IMG/VR virus record: IMGVR_UViG_3300020577_003668
Span: 1 to 64,000 of that record
Source of the DNA: a virus
Taxonomy: Duplodnaviria; Caudoviricetes
Strand: one strand, 5' to 3'
DNA: 64,000 nt
The number at the start of each line of letters is the position of its first letter. Position 1 is the first letter of the stretch. Below are positions 1 through 11,200 of this stretch, in pieces. The notes below the pieces were generated by a model, which made no database searches, was not told the origin of the DNA, and saw only the letters and a program-made list of their open reading frames with translations. The translations under genes were made by a program, and so were the position numbers.

Positions 1-1422
1 GGAGAAATTGGTACCGGCCGCTGTGTTTAGCAATGGTATAGATTGTAATGAGTAGCAGCTGTTGAACATGTTGGAGAAATCGGTACCGCGGATGGCGGTA
101 CCACTGCCGTCAGTTGTCATAACGATTGGTGCCCCGCCGTACGAGCCGGCCACCTGAAACGTATCGGCGGTGCGGTTGACCACGTAATACACAGTATCAA
201 TAGCAATGCCTGTCGTACCGGTGATCGAAGTGAATACGCAAGAATCACCGTCTCGAAAGCCATGCGACACGGCTGTTACCAAGTCTCCGGCGTCTGTGAA
301 CGTCACCCCCAACGTAGACGCTACTGCGGCGCTAGTTACAAAATTACCGTTGTTCTTTAAGTTGTAGGTAGCGTAGAACAGGTTACGCAATTGGCGCAAA
401 TCGCTAGCTTCAACGCTGAAGCTCTGGCACAAGCTGTGGCGGATTGCTTGAGTCTGAGTGCCCGGCGACTGCACGCCGAACCGTAAGTCGATCATTTGCT
501 CAAACGACATGACAATGTCCAACCAGCCGCTTGAGTAGGTCTGGAGCCCAGCTTGGCTGTGCTTAATGTGTAGATTGAAGCTGGTAACGTTGCTGGCATT
601 GGGCACAACAGTCACCACTACTTGACGGTATCTAGGGATGTACACCGAGCCGGTGCCATCCGTCGTTAGGGGTAATGCGGCTCCGCCGGCAGTGTTGGAG
701 ACCTGAAAAGTATCAGCGGTCCTGCCCACGATGAAGTACGTAGTGTAGGTGCTGATGCCTGTGGTGCTGACGATGACGCTGAAAGCCACCTGTTGTCCGT
801 CCTGCCAGCCGTGAGCTGTTAGATTAACAGTGTCACCGCTGTCAGTAAACGTGACGGCTTGAGCATCCGCAATACCAACATCACTGGTGTCAGGTGCATC
901 AGCCCAAGATATGTTGCGTTCTGCAGTTACGCCGCTTCCGATGTTGATATTGCCACTACCATCACCCCAATTTACGGTATAAGCACCGGCGGCGGATAGC
1001 GCCACGAAATTGGAGTTTTCAGGAAACACTGCATGTAGCCCAGCAAACTTTTGCACACCGGTCACGGAGGGCAGCGTAAGCCATGCTGGATTGCGAACCC
1101 AAGACGATATAGGCCCTAGCTTAGTCACTCCGGTCATGCTCGTGACTTCCATCTTTGAGCAGAAGACCGGGCTAGATCTGTGGTCGCCCACATCTAGCTT
1201 GTAGCAGACTAGGAATCCAAATCCACCTACTGGGAGGCCTGTGACATCATCTAGGTCAAGCGACAGGTAGCCGCTGGCATCGGTGGTGACGATGGCCGAC
1301 TGGCCTTTGATCAAACCTAGGTCGGGTGGAAGATCGCTGTCAAACCACATGACGGCAATGCCCGTGCCGCTGGCATAGGCAGCTCCTGTTTCGTCAAATA
1401 GTTGAACTGATACACCCTTCAT
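1..1422 (-). CDS. Tail fibre / receptor-binding-like protein, partial (runs off the left edge), with two FCCH-like beta modules and the start of DUF285/BspA-like leucine-rich repeats
   Basis: Not in the ORF track because no stop lies in the window. Manual translation from ATG at 1422 (MKGVSVQLFDETG...) is open to position 1. It has two copies of TFTDxGDxVxxxxHGxxDG...RTADTFQV and ends GTDFSNMFNSCYSLQSIPLLNTAAGTNFS. Confidence 0.75.
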   Translation of the reverse strand, partial: MKGVSVQLFDETGAAYASGTGIAVMWFDSDLPPDLGLIKGQSAIVTTDASGYLSLDLDDVTGLPVGGFGFLVCYKLDVGDHRSSPVFCSKMEVTSMTGVTKLGPISSWVRNPAWLTLPSVTGVQKFAGLHAVFPENSNFVALSAAGAYTVNWGDGSGNINIGSGVTAERNISWADAPDTSDVGIADAQAVTFTDSGDTVNLTAHGWQDGQQVAFSVIVSTTGISTYTTYFIVGRTADTFQVSNTAGGAALPLTTDGTGSVYIPRYRQVVVTVVPNASNVTSFNLHIKHSQAGLQTYSSGWLDIVMSFEQMIDLRFGVQSPGTQTQAIRHSLCQSFSVEASDLRQLRNLFYATYNLKNNGNFVTSAAVASTLGVTFTDAGDLVTAVSHGFRDGDSCVFTSITGTTGIAIDTVYYVVNRTADTFQVAGSYGGAPIVMTTDGSGTAIRGTDFSNMFNSCYSLQSIPLLNTAAGTNFS

Positions 1423-1425
1423 ATA

Positions 1426-1809
1426 TTAAGTTGGTTGATTAGATGTATAAACTAGTTGTGGGAAGTTCACGGTATTACCGGAAGTCACAACCTGGTCTGA
1501 GGTTTCATCCGTAACCCAGATTACGTTTGCAGTACCGTCAGTAAATGCAAAGTGTAGGTTAGGTGTAGCACCTGAACCAGCAGATGCAGTGGCAGATTTA
1601 CCTGCTGCAGTAGTTAGTGTGCGATTACTACCAGAATTTGCTAGCGTATAGTCTCCGCTAACCATTGTTACATCTGCTACGATATTACCTACAACAGTAG
1701 CGTATGAATCAGCTAGCGTGTATGCCTTGATTAAAAGCATGTGCGTAGCGTTTGTTTTAATATCATTAAGTCCGTTATCTAGGACTCCTGATCGTACCCA
1801 TTTTGCCAT
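1426..1809 (-). CDS. Small virion/tail protein
   Basis: 127 aa, Thr/Gly/Ser-rich beta-type sequence, AAGGA RBS, inside the tail-tip module. Confidence 0.55.
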   Translation of the reverse strand: MAKWVRSGVLDNGLNDIKTNATHMLLIKAYTLADSYATVVGNIVADVTMVSGDYTLANSGSNRTLTTAAGKSATASAGSGATPNLHFAFTDGTANVIWVTDETSDQVVTSGNTVNFPQLVYTSNQPT

Positions 1810-1831
1810 TTTATTTCCTTAAATAAGATAC

Positions 1832-2416
1832 TTAACGTGTAATTTCAGTATCAAGAGTTATATTACCATAGATAAAGGGCGTAACAACACTTCCCTTAAC
1901 TATTTCCATGCTGTACACAGCAGTTTTAAAAGTTAGCAGCTCAGTGTCTGCTGCAGGTATGGATATAGTAATCGTTTTATTAACGTCATTAATATTAATC
2001 ATACCGTTCAATGTAGTAAGTTCCAGTAGAATAGTCTCACTACCTACTTTAGGCCGTAACTGCATTCTAGCAGTACAACCAGATAAATCTTCTGGTTCAT
2101 TGTATTCTAGTATACCGCCACTAGTATAAGCTGAATAACCTACGGCATTTACATCATTTAATGTAACCGTGTCCGCTGTCGTATCTGTTACTATATAGTA
2201 TTCCGATGAATTTATCTCCTTCATTCCAGATACGTTAGATACTTTAGCTCGCCAGCCTACTGTGATGCCATGCGCTACAGCTGTTATTACAACAGGAGCG
2301 GCCTGGGTAATATTAGTTATAGGTTTATAAATCTTAGTAAAAGACTCCCAGCGTAACACTTGCGTAAACGTAGAGCCTTGGTACACTTTCAAATTTAGCT
2401 TCGTTGGGGCTATCAT
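1832..2416 (-). CDS. Tail-associated protein (FCCH-like domain inserted in a baseplate-upper-like domain)
   Basis: ITNITQAAPVVITAVAHG...GMKEIN motif and DLSGCTARMQLR. Start moved to ATG 2416 because of the GGAGGAG RBS. Confidence 0.55.
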   Translation of the reverse strand: MIAPTKLNLKVYQGSTFTQVLRWESFTKIYKPITNITQAAPVVITAVAHGITVGWRAKVSNVSGMKEINSSEYYIVTDTTADTVTLNDVNAVGYSAYTSGGILEYNEPEDLSGCTARMQLRPKVGSETILLELTTLNGMININDVNKTITISIPAADTELLTFKTAVYSMEIVKGSVVTPFIYGNITLDTEITR

Positions 2417-2460
2417 AGGCTCCTCCAGTAAAAATGCGCGTGCATATGCCAATTGGTACT

Positions 2461-2489
2461 ATTATACCACAAGGGCATAGTAGGGTCAA
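2461..2489 (-). promoter_or_regulatory. Sigma70-type promoter
   Basis: TTGACC-N17-TATAAT on the minus strand upstream of 2416. Confidence 0.7.
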
Positions 2490-2509
2490 GTTTAAAAACT
2501 AATCAGCGC

Positions 2510-2773
2510 TTAAGGTTTTGCTGTTGTTAGAACATACTGAACTACTCCGCTACCTACCACCGTAAGCACACCTATTGCAGCCCAAGAAATAACATTAGCT
2601 ATAATTTTCCTTCTAGAAGCCTCGAAATTTGCCTGGGCTGAGACTTGTTCTTTGTGAAATATTTTGTGAGAGCCGTAGTCTGGGTTACCGGACTCATCTT
2701 TAGGGAAAGCAGCTTCTAGATCGTGTAATCTAAGAAGTATATTTCGCTGTTGCTCTTCTTTGTCCTCACCCAT
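2510..2773 (-). CDS. Small protein with a C-terminal transmembrane helix (possibly holin-like)
   Basis: 87 aa, hydrophobic C-terminus VISWAAIGVLTVVGSGVVQYVL. Confidence 0.45.
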   Translation of the reverse strand: MGEDKEEQQRNILLRLHDLEAAFPKDESGNPDYGSHKIFHKEQVSAQANFEASRRKIIANVISWAAIGVLTVVGSGVVQYVLTTAKP

Positions 2774-2782
2774 TGCGTTCTC

Positions 2783-3208
2783 CTACTTTAGCACCCAGCA
2801 ATATTGTGGGATAATCCTACTAATATCTTCCTTAAACCTATCTAATCCACCTGCTTTGACAGCTGCTTCTACTAACTCGGAACAGAACCAGCTATCAAGA
2901 TCCGTCCATTTACCATTTCTAAATACAATACCAAAGATAGCGGTCCAATCGTACGGTTTACCAATTTGCTCTAGAAGAAAGCTTATAGCAGCTTCTTCGT
3001 TTGGCAACGGTAAATCTTGTATAATTACACGGTCATAAATTTTAGTGAAATTCTCGAAAGAACCACGTACCACTCCTTTAAAAGCGGCGGCTTCAATAAC
3101 AGTATTATCATCTAATAGAACTGCCATATGACTGAACTTACTTAGAGTAAATATTCGTAGTAGCATAGCTGGTATGTACTTTCTACGAGTAGCGAAAATT
3201 ATTCTCAT
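2783..3208 (-). CDS. Permuted papain-like NlpC/P60 (YaeF/YiiX family) protein
   Basis: N-terminal FSHMAV His motif, GKPYD, C-terminal WFCSELV Cys motif. Confidence 0.85.
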   Translation of the reverse strand: MRIIFATRRKYIPAMLLRIFTLSKFSHMAVLLDDNTVIEAAAFKGVVRGSFENFTKIYDRVIIQDLPLPNEEAAISFLLEQIGKPYDWTAIFGIVFRNGKWTDLDSWFCSELVEAAVKAGGLDRFKEDISRIIPQYCWVLK

Positions 3209-3209
3209 G

Positions 3210-4088
3210 TTATAGTTCCTCTATACTAACTTGTGTACTATAAATAGTATATGTAGAATGTACTATACTGTCCAGTGAAGACATCTTACCATATATCTGA
3301 AAATCTCTTTCCTTAGCAGGGTCTTCGTCTTCTGGGAATAGGGACACGAATAACGGTTTGGACAGTCCATTTGTTCTACAGATATTTAGGAAATTCAGCT
3401 TATCTGTGGAATCCATATACTTTAAATCCATTTTAAGTATATTGGATAGAGTACCCCTATTTGTATATAGATCTCCAGATACTGCCCGCTGAGAGGTGCT
3501 AGTGTCAGTGGGGGTTAGACTTAAACCGTAACTAGTGTTATACTTTGGGGACCAGCTTTTACCTACTACTAAATGGGAGGCCTCTATGTAGGACAGACTA
3601 GCGTCTGTAATTTGTATAGTCAGATGGGTTACAGCCTCTTGCATGCCTACTGGTATCCAACATCTAGCACACTGTCCCCCACCATAGGCATAAGTATTAG
3701 CACCGGCAGGTATAGACCCCGCCCCCCAAGGTACTACTCTCTCCCATGGGCATGCATTTATAGCAGTAGTATCAAACTCTACTGTGCCTCCAGAGATGGT
3801 AGGCACCGCTACCGTTCCACCTAGTGTGGGTGCGGTAGAGTATCCTATAACCTGAATAGTTGCAGCCGAGGTTAGATTAGTAAATGGTAGTATAATACCA
3901 TCCACTAATACACTACTACCAAGATTAACAAGTAGTATGGCTGTAGTAGTTGCCCCGGACCTCCAAACTAATCCCTTGGGATAAGCCGCTAGGTTCGAAG
4001 CTGGAGTAGTACCTCCGGCGGAGCTGGAGGCTGTAACGTTGCTACTAGTAACAAGGTTATTATAAATTACTTTTAAATTTTCACTCAT
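3210..4088 (-). CDS. Tail tip / distal tail-like structural protein
   Basis: 292 aa in the tail operon; N-terminal carbohydrate-binding-like segment and Dit-like C-terminus. Confidence 0.55.
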   Translation of the reverse strand: MSENLKVIYNNLVTSSNVTASSSAGGTTPASNLAAYPKGLVWRSGATTTAILLVNLGSSVLVDGIILPFTNLTSAATIQVIGYSTAPTLGGTVAVPTISGGTVEFDTTAINACPWERVVPWGAGSIPAGANTYAYGGGQCARCWIPVGMQEAVTHLTIQITDASLSYIEASHLVVGKSWSPKYNTSYGLSLTPTDTSTSQRAVSGDLYTNRGTLSNILKMDLKYMDSTDKLNFLNICRTNGLSKPLFVSLFPEDEDPAKERDFQIYGKMSSLDSIVHSTYTIYSTQVSIEEL

Positions 4089-4098
4089 AATATTCCTA

Positions 4099-5493
4099 TC
4101 ATGGTACGTCTATTTCAAAAGGTACCGAGTATTGAGCAGCATTAGCTCCTGCAGCACTAGTAGCTATATAAATTCTAATCACTCTGCGATAGTTACCTGG
4201 AGTAGTCTCCGTCATATACCAAATTCTGTCAGTACTAATAGCTTGATAAGTATCTAGTGTACCTGTTATAGTACCGGTACCGGCTTCCTGAACTACTTTA
4301 ATATATACTCCAGCTCCTATATCAGTTGAGGGTGGCTGATAGTAGGTAACTAGTTGGCTATAACTACCTCCAGAGGATTTCTTGATATTAACGTAACCGT
4401 CTTTGTCAAACTTTAGTCCAACCCATCCGGCATTAGAATATACTCCGGTAAAAGAAGTAATACCTGGTCCGCTTACTCCACCGTTCTTCTGCTTAAACAT
4501 CTGGAATTTAGCAGTTTGCGTAGCGTACGTAGCTCTAGTAGCTGTAAAGGTTATGTAGGGGGTATCATTTGAAGAACCAACTGCGGTCACAGTAGCAGTT
4601 TTCGTACTTCCGGAGGTAGGGGTTGTACTGCCAGAGTCCGATGCAAAGGAGAAAGACCAGTTTGCAGAGTCATCTGCCCCATCTTTATATACAAACATCT
4701 CAGTATTACACCCAGTGTAGCTAGTAACCACACCATCTGTAGTAGAAGGTAGGTTCCAACTAGAAGGTACCAAAGCGCTAGTTATTGCCGGCACGCGTAT
4801 GCGCACTGGGGTACCCCAAGCCCCATAAGCATCAGTAGTTCTAGACCACTCATCGGCATCAGTTCTTGTAACATGCCAAGGACCTGTACTACTAACTGAA
4901 TATTCAGTCATGGTCACTGGCTCTTTAGGATTAACTGTAAATCTAAGGGTAACATTGGGTTCACCTGATTTGGATGCAGTGATATCTACGTACTGTTCTG
5001 TGCTGCTAGATAAATATGCCGAGGGGGCTCCAGTAGCCGGTGATCTGCCGGCTCTTGATACTGTAAATGCGCACATATGCGTAGTACCACCGGAAGACAG
5101 TTGATCAAATGTAATCTTGGTAATGCTGTAAGTATTGCTAGAGGCTATCGAAACTTGACTTAGCATGGTTCCATTAACCCAGGTTTCTATGTAATCCCCA
5201 TTTCTAGTTAGTAGTATATAGAACCATGTATCTAGCGCTATAGTGTATCCAAGAGCACTATATGCTGGATACGTTTTCATAGCCCAGCCACTGCTTTGGG
5301 GGCCTGCCATTAGGTAGTCGGTACTACCGGCCCCATTTACAGACATAGTAGCTGTAAAGAAGGGGCTATCCGCTACAAAATTAGCCCTACTAACCATTTT
5401 AAAGTACCCACCTAATGACCAATTTCCTGTGCCAAATTGCCAATCGCTAGTAGTAATAGGTTCAAGTTGAAAATTTCCTGTAAATCCTGGCAC
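4099..5493 (-). CDS. Tail fibre/tip protein with LamG-like and Ig-like domains
   Basis: DWQFGTGNWSLGGYF and TWFYILLTRNG...WVNG are LamG-like; Ser/Thr/Gly-rich. Confidence 0.6.
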   Translation of the reverse strand: MPGFTGNFQLEPITTSDWQFGTGNWSLGGYFKMVSRANFVADSPFFTATMSVNGAGSTDYLMAGPQSSGWAMKTYPAYSALGYTIALDTWFYILLTRNGDYIETWVNGTMLSQVSIASSNTYSITKITFDQLSSGGTTHMCAFTVSRAGRSPATGAPSAYLSSSTEQYVDITASKSGEPNVTLRFTVNPKEPVTMTEYSVSSTGPWHVTRTDADEWSRTTDAYGAWGTPVRIRVPAITSALVPSSWNLPSTTDGVVTSYTGCNTEMFVYKDGADDSANWSFSFASDSGSTTPTSGSTKTATVTAVGSSNDTPYITFTATRATYATQTAKFQMFKQKNGGVSGPGITSFTGVYSNAGWVGLKFDKDGYVNIKKSSGGSYSQLVTYYQPPSTDIGAGVYIKVVQEAGTGTITGTLDTYQAISTDRIWYMTETTPGNYRRVIRIYIATSAAGANAAQYSVPFEIDVP

Positions 5494-5501
5494 GTTTACT
5501 C

Positions 5502-6638
5502 CTATTTAACTATTACGTAATATGTGCCGCCAGTAATGGGGCATCCAGTGGTAGAACTACTAACCGTAACACCTAGGCCTGAAGATATAGTGGCCTTTGT
5601 AGAGGAATCAGTTACTGGTAAGCTGGTACCTTCGGTACCTTTTATGTATCCCTTGACGTTAGAGTCAAATCCAGGAGTTATGTCAATATCAGTAATAGTA
5701 CATACGTTACTGACTAAGGTTGACGTAACGTTAACATCAACCTTAGAAAAAGTCCATGTAGCGTGATCAGCGGTAGCACCTTTGAATATTTCATATTGGG
5801 TAAACGCGTTAGCTAAGCTAACTAGTGAACCGTCAGGATTAACCAATACGGTAACAGAGGGTGGTTTTAGTTGGAAAGTGAAGTTTGATACTGGTTTTAG
5901 CTTAACGAAGAATTCTGTAACTGTAAACGTTTGTGCCAGGGTGTTACCTTGCGCATCTCTAACTGATACTGTGAATAATACCGTTGCAGTATCAGTACCC
6001 ATCGCAGTTATACTTCCGTATACTGAGGTAGTACCGCTATTAGTAACAGAACCGTAGGTCACTGAACCCGAAGTTACTGCGTAGGTTACGCTAAATGTGT
6101 TGGCCCCCGTGGCCCCGTAGTTAAGAGAAGCACCCCCTCTAGTAACCGATATAGTAGTATCAGTATTAGGTGCGGGGGTGGTAGTTAGAGCTCCTGTAGC
6201 GTCTACTGATACTAGAGCATTAGCTCTAGAGATATTAACTACAACGGGCTCATCTGCTTCCCTAAAGAAGGATATGGTAAAAGTAGGGCTAGTAGATGGT
6301 AAATATCCGCTTTGGCTGGCACTTACTCTGTAAAAGATAGCGCCGGATGTCGAGGATAGTAATGAGTCCACTGAGGAACCAGATATCGTTTTAGTACTAC
6401 CACTACCTAGTGGCACCCAACTACCTGGTGATGTTCCTAATGCATACTCCCACAAATACGTGGGACTAGTAAATACCGTAGGATTAGCAGTTAATGTAAT
6501 GTCTGCTGGAGTAACGGCGGCACCGTTCTTACCCTTATTAAAGAAAGCACCTGTTCCACTAATAGTTACGGTAGTAGCAATTAGGCGGGGGCCGCCGGAC
6601 TGTAGTATGTTGTCACGATCATTAATAATTGCTGCCAT
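5502..6638 (-). CDS. Tail fibre/tip protein (Ig-like repeats); possibly the N-terminal part of a gene continuing in 4099-5493
   Basis: 378 aa, Thr/Ser-rich beta modules; the C-terminus resembles the start of a LamG domain. Confidence 0.6.
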   Translation of the reverse strand: MAAIINDRDNILQSGGPRLIATTVTISGTGAFFNKGKNGAAVTPADITLTANPTVFTSPTYLWEYALGTSPGSWVPLGSGSTKTISGSSVDSLLSSTSGAIFYRVSASQSGYLPSTSPTFTISFFREADEPVVVNISRANALVSVDATGALTTTPAPNTDTTISVTRGGASLNYGATGANTFSVTYAVTSGSVTYGSVTNSGTTSVYGSITAMGTDTATVLFTVSVRDAQGNTLAQTFTVTEFFVKLKPVSNFTFQLKPPSVTVLVNPDGSLVSLANAFTQYEIFKGATADHATWTFSKVDVNVTSTLVSNVCTITDIDITPGFDSNVKGYIKGTEGTSLPVTDSSTKATISSGLGVTVSSSTTGCPITGGTYYVIVK

Positions 6639-8206
6639 TATAGATTCACAGCCTTTACATCAATAGTTGAAGAAGTCCAGTTGGGTGTTAACCCCACTAT
6701 TTGCATTAAAGTACCAACGCCCGAATTATATAAGTTAAACCTATGATGCGCAATTTGTACCTGCTGTCCTAGTTTTAATGATAATAGTGCAGAAGTACCT
6801 TTAAAAGAATAAACGCTTCTAGGTACTTTAAAGAAATTATTTAGTCTAGTAGCTTCCGCAGTTGCATCGCTGTGAGTCAATAGTAGTGTTTCTTTTGCAT
6901 CAGGATCTTCATGCAACTTATATCTAGATTTAACTGTTCCGTCCACAGAAGTCTTGGAAAACCATTCTGTAGCAAACATGTCTTTATGTTGCTCAGGAAT
7001 ACCAGTTAATAGACCTTCTTGTACTGTCCAGTTTTTACAATATCCTATCTTTGTAGCGGCACTAACTTCCGTTCTTTCTACTATAGTCAGTTCAGATAAC
7101 ATATCTTTTTCAGTAATAGTAACCGAAGGGTCAACTGTAACATCACCTAGTCTAAGAATCTGAAGCTTTCCCAATCTATTAAAGTATAGTTGTCCGCCTA
7201 CACTATCTACTAATCTACTACATATATCTATTACATTTTCTTTAGAGTTAATAATTACACCAACTCCGGCGGTATTACTAGCAAAAGCTGCTAAATTAGT
7301 TAAATCAAGCTCCGAGGTAGTAAGTCTAGTATACGACTTACCATACTGAGTGGTTATCAGGGCTACTAGATTTGCTATATTATTAACGTATGTGCCAGAT
7401 ACCAAGGCACCTGTAGTCAGATTTACAGAGTCCTTCACGCCTTGAATAGATGCAGTAATCTGCCCCGCTAGTGGATGTGTTAGTATAAACTTACCTGTGG
7501 TATGATTGATAGTAGCTCCACCTGTTAACACACCACGCGTATAGATAGGCACCCCATTATCTCTAATTTCTATAACAGATTCTGAGTTTCCTTGATTAAA
7601 GTAATATTCTAAAGTGGATGGGTCAATTAACATTGGCTCCATATTATGTACTTCACCGAATACTAGTGGAACTATGTCATCCTGATTATTCTGTAAATTA
7701 GCCCAGGTACCATAAGTACCGAGTTTAGTTTCCGTTACAGGAGAATTTATCTTATCCATGTTATCACGGAAACGTATATTTAAAGTATTAGCCTCTCGGC
7801 TATCAATATCTGCAATAATACCTGTATACATTAATATAAATGTACTCTTTACGGTCGCAATATCTGCACAAGATACTAGAGGATCACCATAGTAAATGCT
7901 GATTGCTCTATTTACCCATATATATTTAGTAGGATCCAACCAATTATCGTATACCCCGTTGAAGTTATACATTTCTAGATCGCCCACGGAGAAACTAACC
8001 CCTCCCTCCAGAGACATATTCTCTGAATATGAGAAGGATCCGGTTAGAATAGGTGAGAAACTAACATCTGCTGAACTAGTAACGTATCCACAAGAGGATA
8101 AATATAGTACTATTTCTGATGCTGCTACCACATCGTACACATTTACTTCCGCAAATATATGTCGTACTGCGGCAGGGTTTTCAAGCCATGTTTGGTCTAA
8201 TGCCAT
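6638..8206 (-). CDS. Tail tip hub / central tail protein
   Basis: 522 aa right after the tape measure; PLVFGEVHN motif typical of siphophage tail-tip proteins. Confidence 0.65.
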   Translation of the reverse strand: MALDQTWLENPAAVRHIFAEVNVYDVVAASEIVLYLSSCGYVTSSADVSFSPILTGSFSYSENMSLEGGVSFSVGDLEMYNFNGVYDNWLDPTKYIWVNRAISIYYGDPLVSCADIATVKSTFILMYTGIIADIDSREANTLNIRFRDNMDKINSPVTETKLGTYGTWANLQNNQDDIVPLVFGEVHNMEPMLIDPSTLEYYFNQGNSESVIEIRDNGVPIYTRGVLTGGATINHTTGKFILTHPLAGQITASIQGVKDSVNLTTGALVSGTYVNNIANLVALITTQYGKSYTRLTTSELDLTNLAAFASNTAGVGVIINSKENVIDICSRLVDSVGGQLYFNRLGKLQILRLGDVTVDPSVTITEKDMLSELTIVERTEVSAATKIGYCKNWTVQEGLLTGIPEQHKDMFATEWFSKTSVDGTVKSRYKLHEDPDAKETLLLTHSDATAEATRLNNFFKVPRSVYSFKGTSALLSLKLGQQVQIAHHRFNLYNSGVGTLMQIVGLTPNWTSSTIDVKAVNL

Positions 8207-8259
8207 TTGGTATCCTATTAAATATATAGTGGAGTGAATATCACCCCACTATACTTGCT

Positions 8260-11200
8260 TTACGCCAACTTAAACTGGTTTCTTTCTTTCCAATTATTTG
8301 CATTAGCATCATTAGCAGCCTTTACAGTATCCGCTGTCATGCCGTTAGCATCGTAATTAGACTTAATTAAATCGCCAGTTTGTTCTCTCTGCTCTTCTCT
8401 TAGTTTGGCTACTTCAGCGCGAAGAGCTCTAATTTCAGAAACTAGTTCCTGAGTATTACCCATCATCATTGAAGTATTATTAGCGCTGTATACTCTTCCA
8501 GGATTCTGGAAGTCTACAACCTCTCTTCCATACTCACCAACCATCGCCACGCCAGAGGCTAATCCGCCCTTAGCAAATGCCGGTAGTCCTAGAGTCTTTG
8601 CCCAATCAAGTGCAGTACCAGGAGCGTAGCCCATAATACTATCCACCATTTGGGAAGAGAAACCTTCAGAGACATACTTATTATATAGTCCATAAGGGTC
8701 GCTATTTACCATACTATTAATAGTTGCAGCAATTTCCTTACTAGTAGTTTTTAATCCTTTTGAACCCACCCAGCTGGCATCTTGTAGACTACCAGAAGCA
8801 CCTGTTGTTGCTACTGCAAACGGTGAAGATGCAGTAGGAGTTACAGCAGGTACAGCAACTTTAGCTTCCGCTACTTTGTTAGTAGCAATGACTAGCTCTT
8901 TAAGGATAGTTTCAACGGATCTACTAGAGTCCTTGAGTTCGCTTAAATAACCGTTACTAGTTTCTAGTTGTATTAATTGTTTTTCTGCGTCTGTCTGTTG
9001 AGCGTCTAGTGCTGCGCTGGTTTGATCCAGAATACTAAGCACTGTATTAAAGTCACTAGTATAAGCTTCGGAACTTGCGTATAAAGTACGAGAAGCTTCT
9101 AACCAGGCATTGGTTGCTCCTGGTAGTTTAGAAATCGCAGACTCTTTTTCTAGGCGCTGTGTTTCCGTAGTAGCTACGCTGGTGGCGATTGCGGCTAGGT
9201 TTAGCGCTTGTTGCTTAGCCTCAGCATATTTCTGCGTAGGATTTAGCACAGATAGATTAGACTGTAATAATTCAGCTCTGTAATCCTTAATAGCTCTAGA
9301 AGCGTCCTTTAATGTAGATACTGTAGATTTTAATGTATCTTTTTGTTTATCATACGCTTCCTGTAATTCATCCTTTAGTGCTTTTTCGTCTTCTAGTGCC
9401 CAGATGTATTGCTGAGCTGGACGTAATTGAGCATCCATGGTCTCTAGTTCTAAGTTTCTAGATAGTGCTAGGGCCTCTGATTTTTTACCTAGTAATTCCA
9501 GGATTGTAATCTGCTGCTGATTATGTTTATCGAGGATTTCTTTCTCGTCTTGTAGTCTCCAGATACGAATCTTTAGCTGTTGATCCACTGCAGACATACC
9601 GCGTAGTTCTAGGCGTCTTCTTGCAGTTGTAGCTGCCGAAATATCGCCCATAGCTTCCATAAGATCGATTTGTAGATTATCTGTAGCCATCTTATCTTGA
9701 ACAGCAAATATATACTGCTTAAGCTTAACTTCAGCTTCAGTTAATCCTTCTAATTCCATAGTCCTACTTCTTACTAGCGCTTCGTAAGAATAACCCAATG
9801 CGGATAGTCCATCAATTTCTAACTGACGAATTTTCTTCTGCGCTTCTATGGCGGCTATTTCATCTTCTCTTGCATATACTGACTCTTGCAGAGCATGGTT
9901 AGCAGGATCGATAGTAGCTAATTCTCGTTCACGAGATAGGGCTAGGGCTTGGGATTCTTTACCCTGAGCACGTAGTAGTTCTACCTCTAGATCGGCATAC
10001 TTCTGCTTAATACCAGTAACTGCTTGAATAATCCTTATTTCGTCTTCTCTTGCATACACTGACTCTTGTAGGCCCCGGTTAACAGGATCGATTGTATCTA
10101 GCTCTATTTTCCGAGATAATGCTAAAGCTTCGGATTCTTTACCCTGAGCACGTAGTAGTTCTACCTCTAAGTTGGCGTACTTCTGTTTAATATTAGTAGC
10201 TTCTTGTAATAACTTAATTTCATTTTCTCTAGCATATACAGACTGTTGTAGTTCACGATTAGCGGTATCAATAGTAGCTAGTTCTCGTTCACGAGATAGT
10301 GCTAGGGCTTGGGATTCTTTGCCTTGGGCTCTTAATAACTCTACCTCTAAGTTGGCGTACTTCTGTTTAATATTAGTTGCTTCCTGTGCAATCTTTATCT
10401 CATCTTTTCTAGTATTTATTTGTAGTTGTACTATTTTTTCCGATCTAGACATATTTTGCATCTCTAGTTCTCTAGACAGAGCTAGTGCTTCCACTTCCTT
10501 GCCCTGGGCCCTTAATAGATCAACTTCCATATTTCTATAGTCGATGTCCATCTTTAAAGCTTTTATAGTATACTCTAATGCTAGATTTTGTCTGTATTGT
10601 AGCTTTTCTTCGTCGGTATAGCTCTTTGTAACTTTATCAATATAGTCAAATTCAGACATTGTAAGCTTATCATATTGATCTTGTAAATCAAGATTAGCTT
10701 TCTTTAAGTCATTTAATACATTGCTAGTGTTTCTAGTTTCTTTGTAGACTTCAGCAAAGCCTTCGGCTACGTTCATTAAACCAGCATAGAGATCCTGATT
10801 GCTAGTTTGTGTAAGGTCTAGGCCTCTAACAACATTAGCAAATCCTTCTCTGGTATTAAGGCCAGCGATCTTAATAGATACACCGCTCTTATCCGCTACG
10901 CTTTGTAGTCTACTTAGTTCTTTAGTTACTCGTGCCTGTACAGGCGCTAGACGTTGAGCTTCAGTTAGGAAGTTCTCGTTAAAGAATTGTCCCTGGCTTA
11001 CAAACTTTTCTAGTCCACCTGATAGGTCAATTAGACTTTCTGTAATACGAACTGTTGCTTCCTGAATGCTTTCGCCTTGTCCTAGTGCCATAGCTATATT
11101 ACTAATGGCCATACCAGAAGCTTCTAGTACTAATGCTGATACCTGCACATCACGTGCTAGCCTTACAATAGTATCTCCAAACTCTTCGCCTGGCTTCCTG

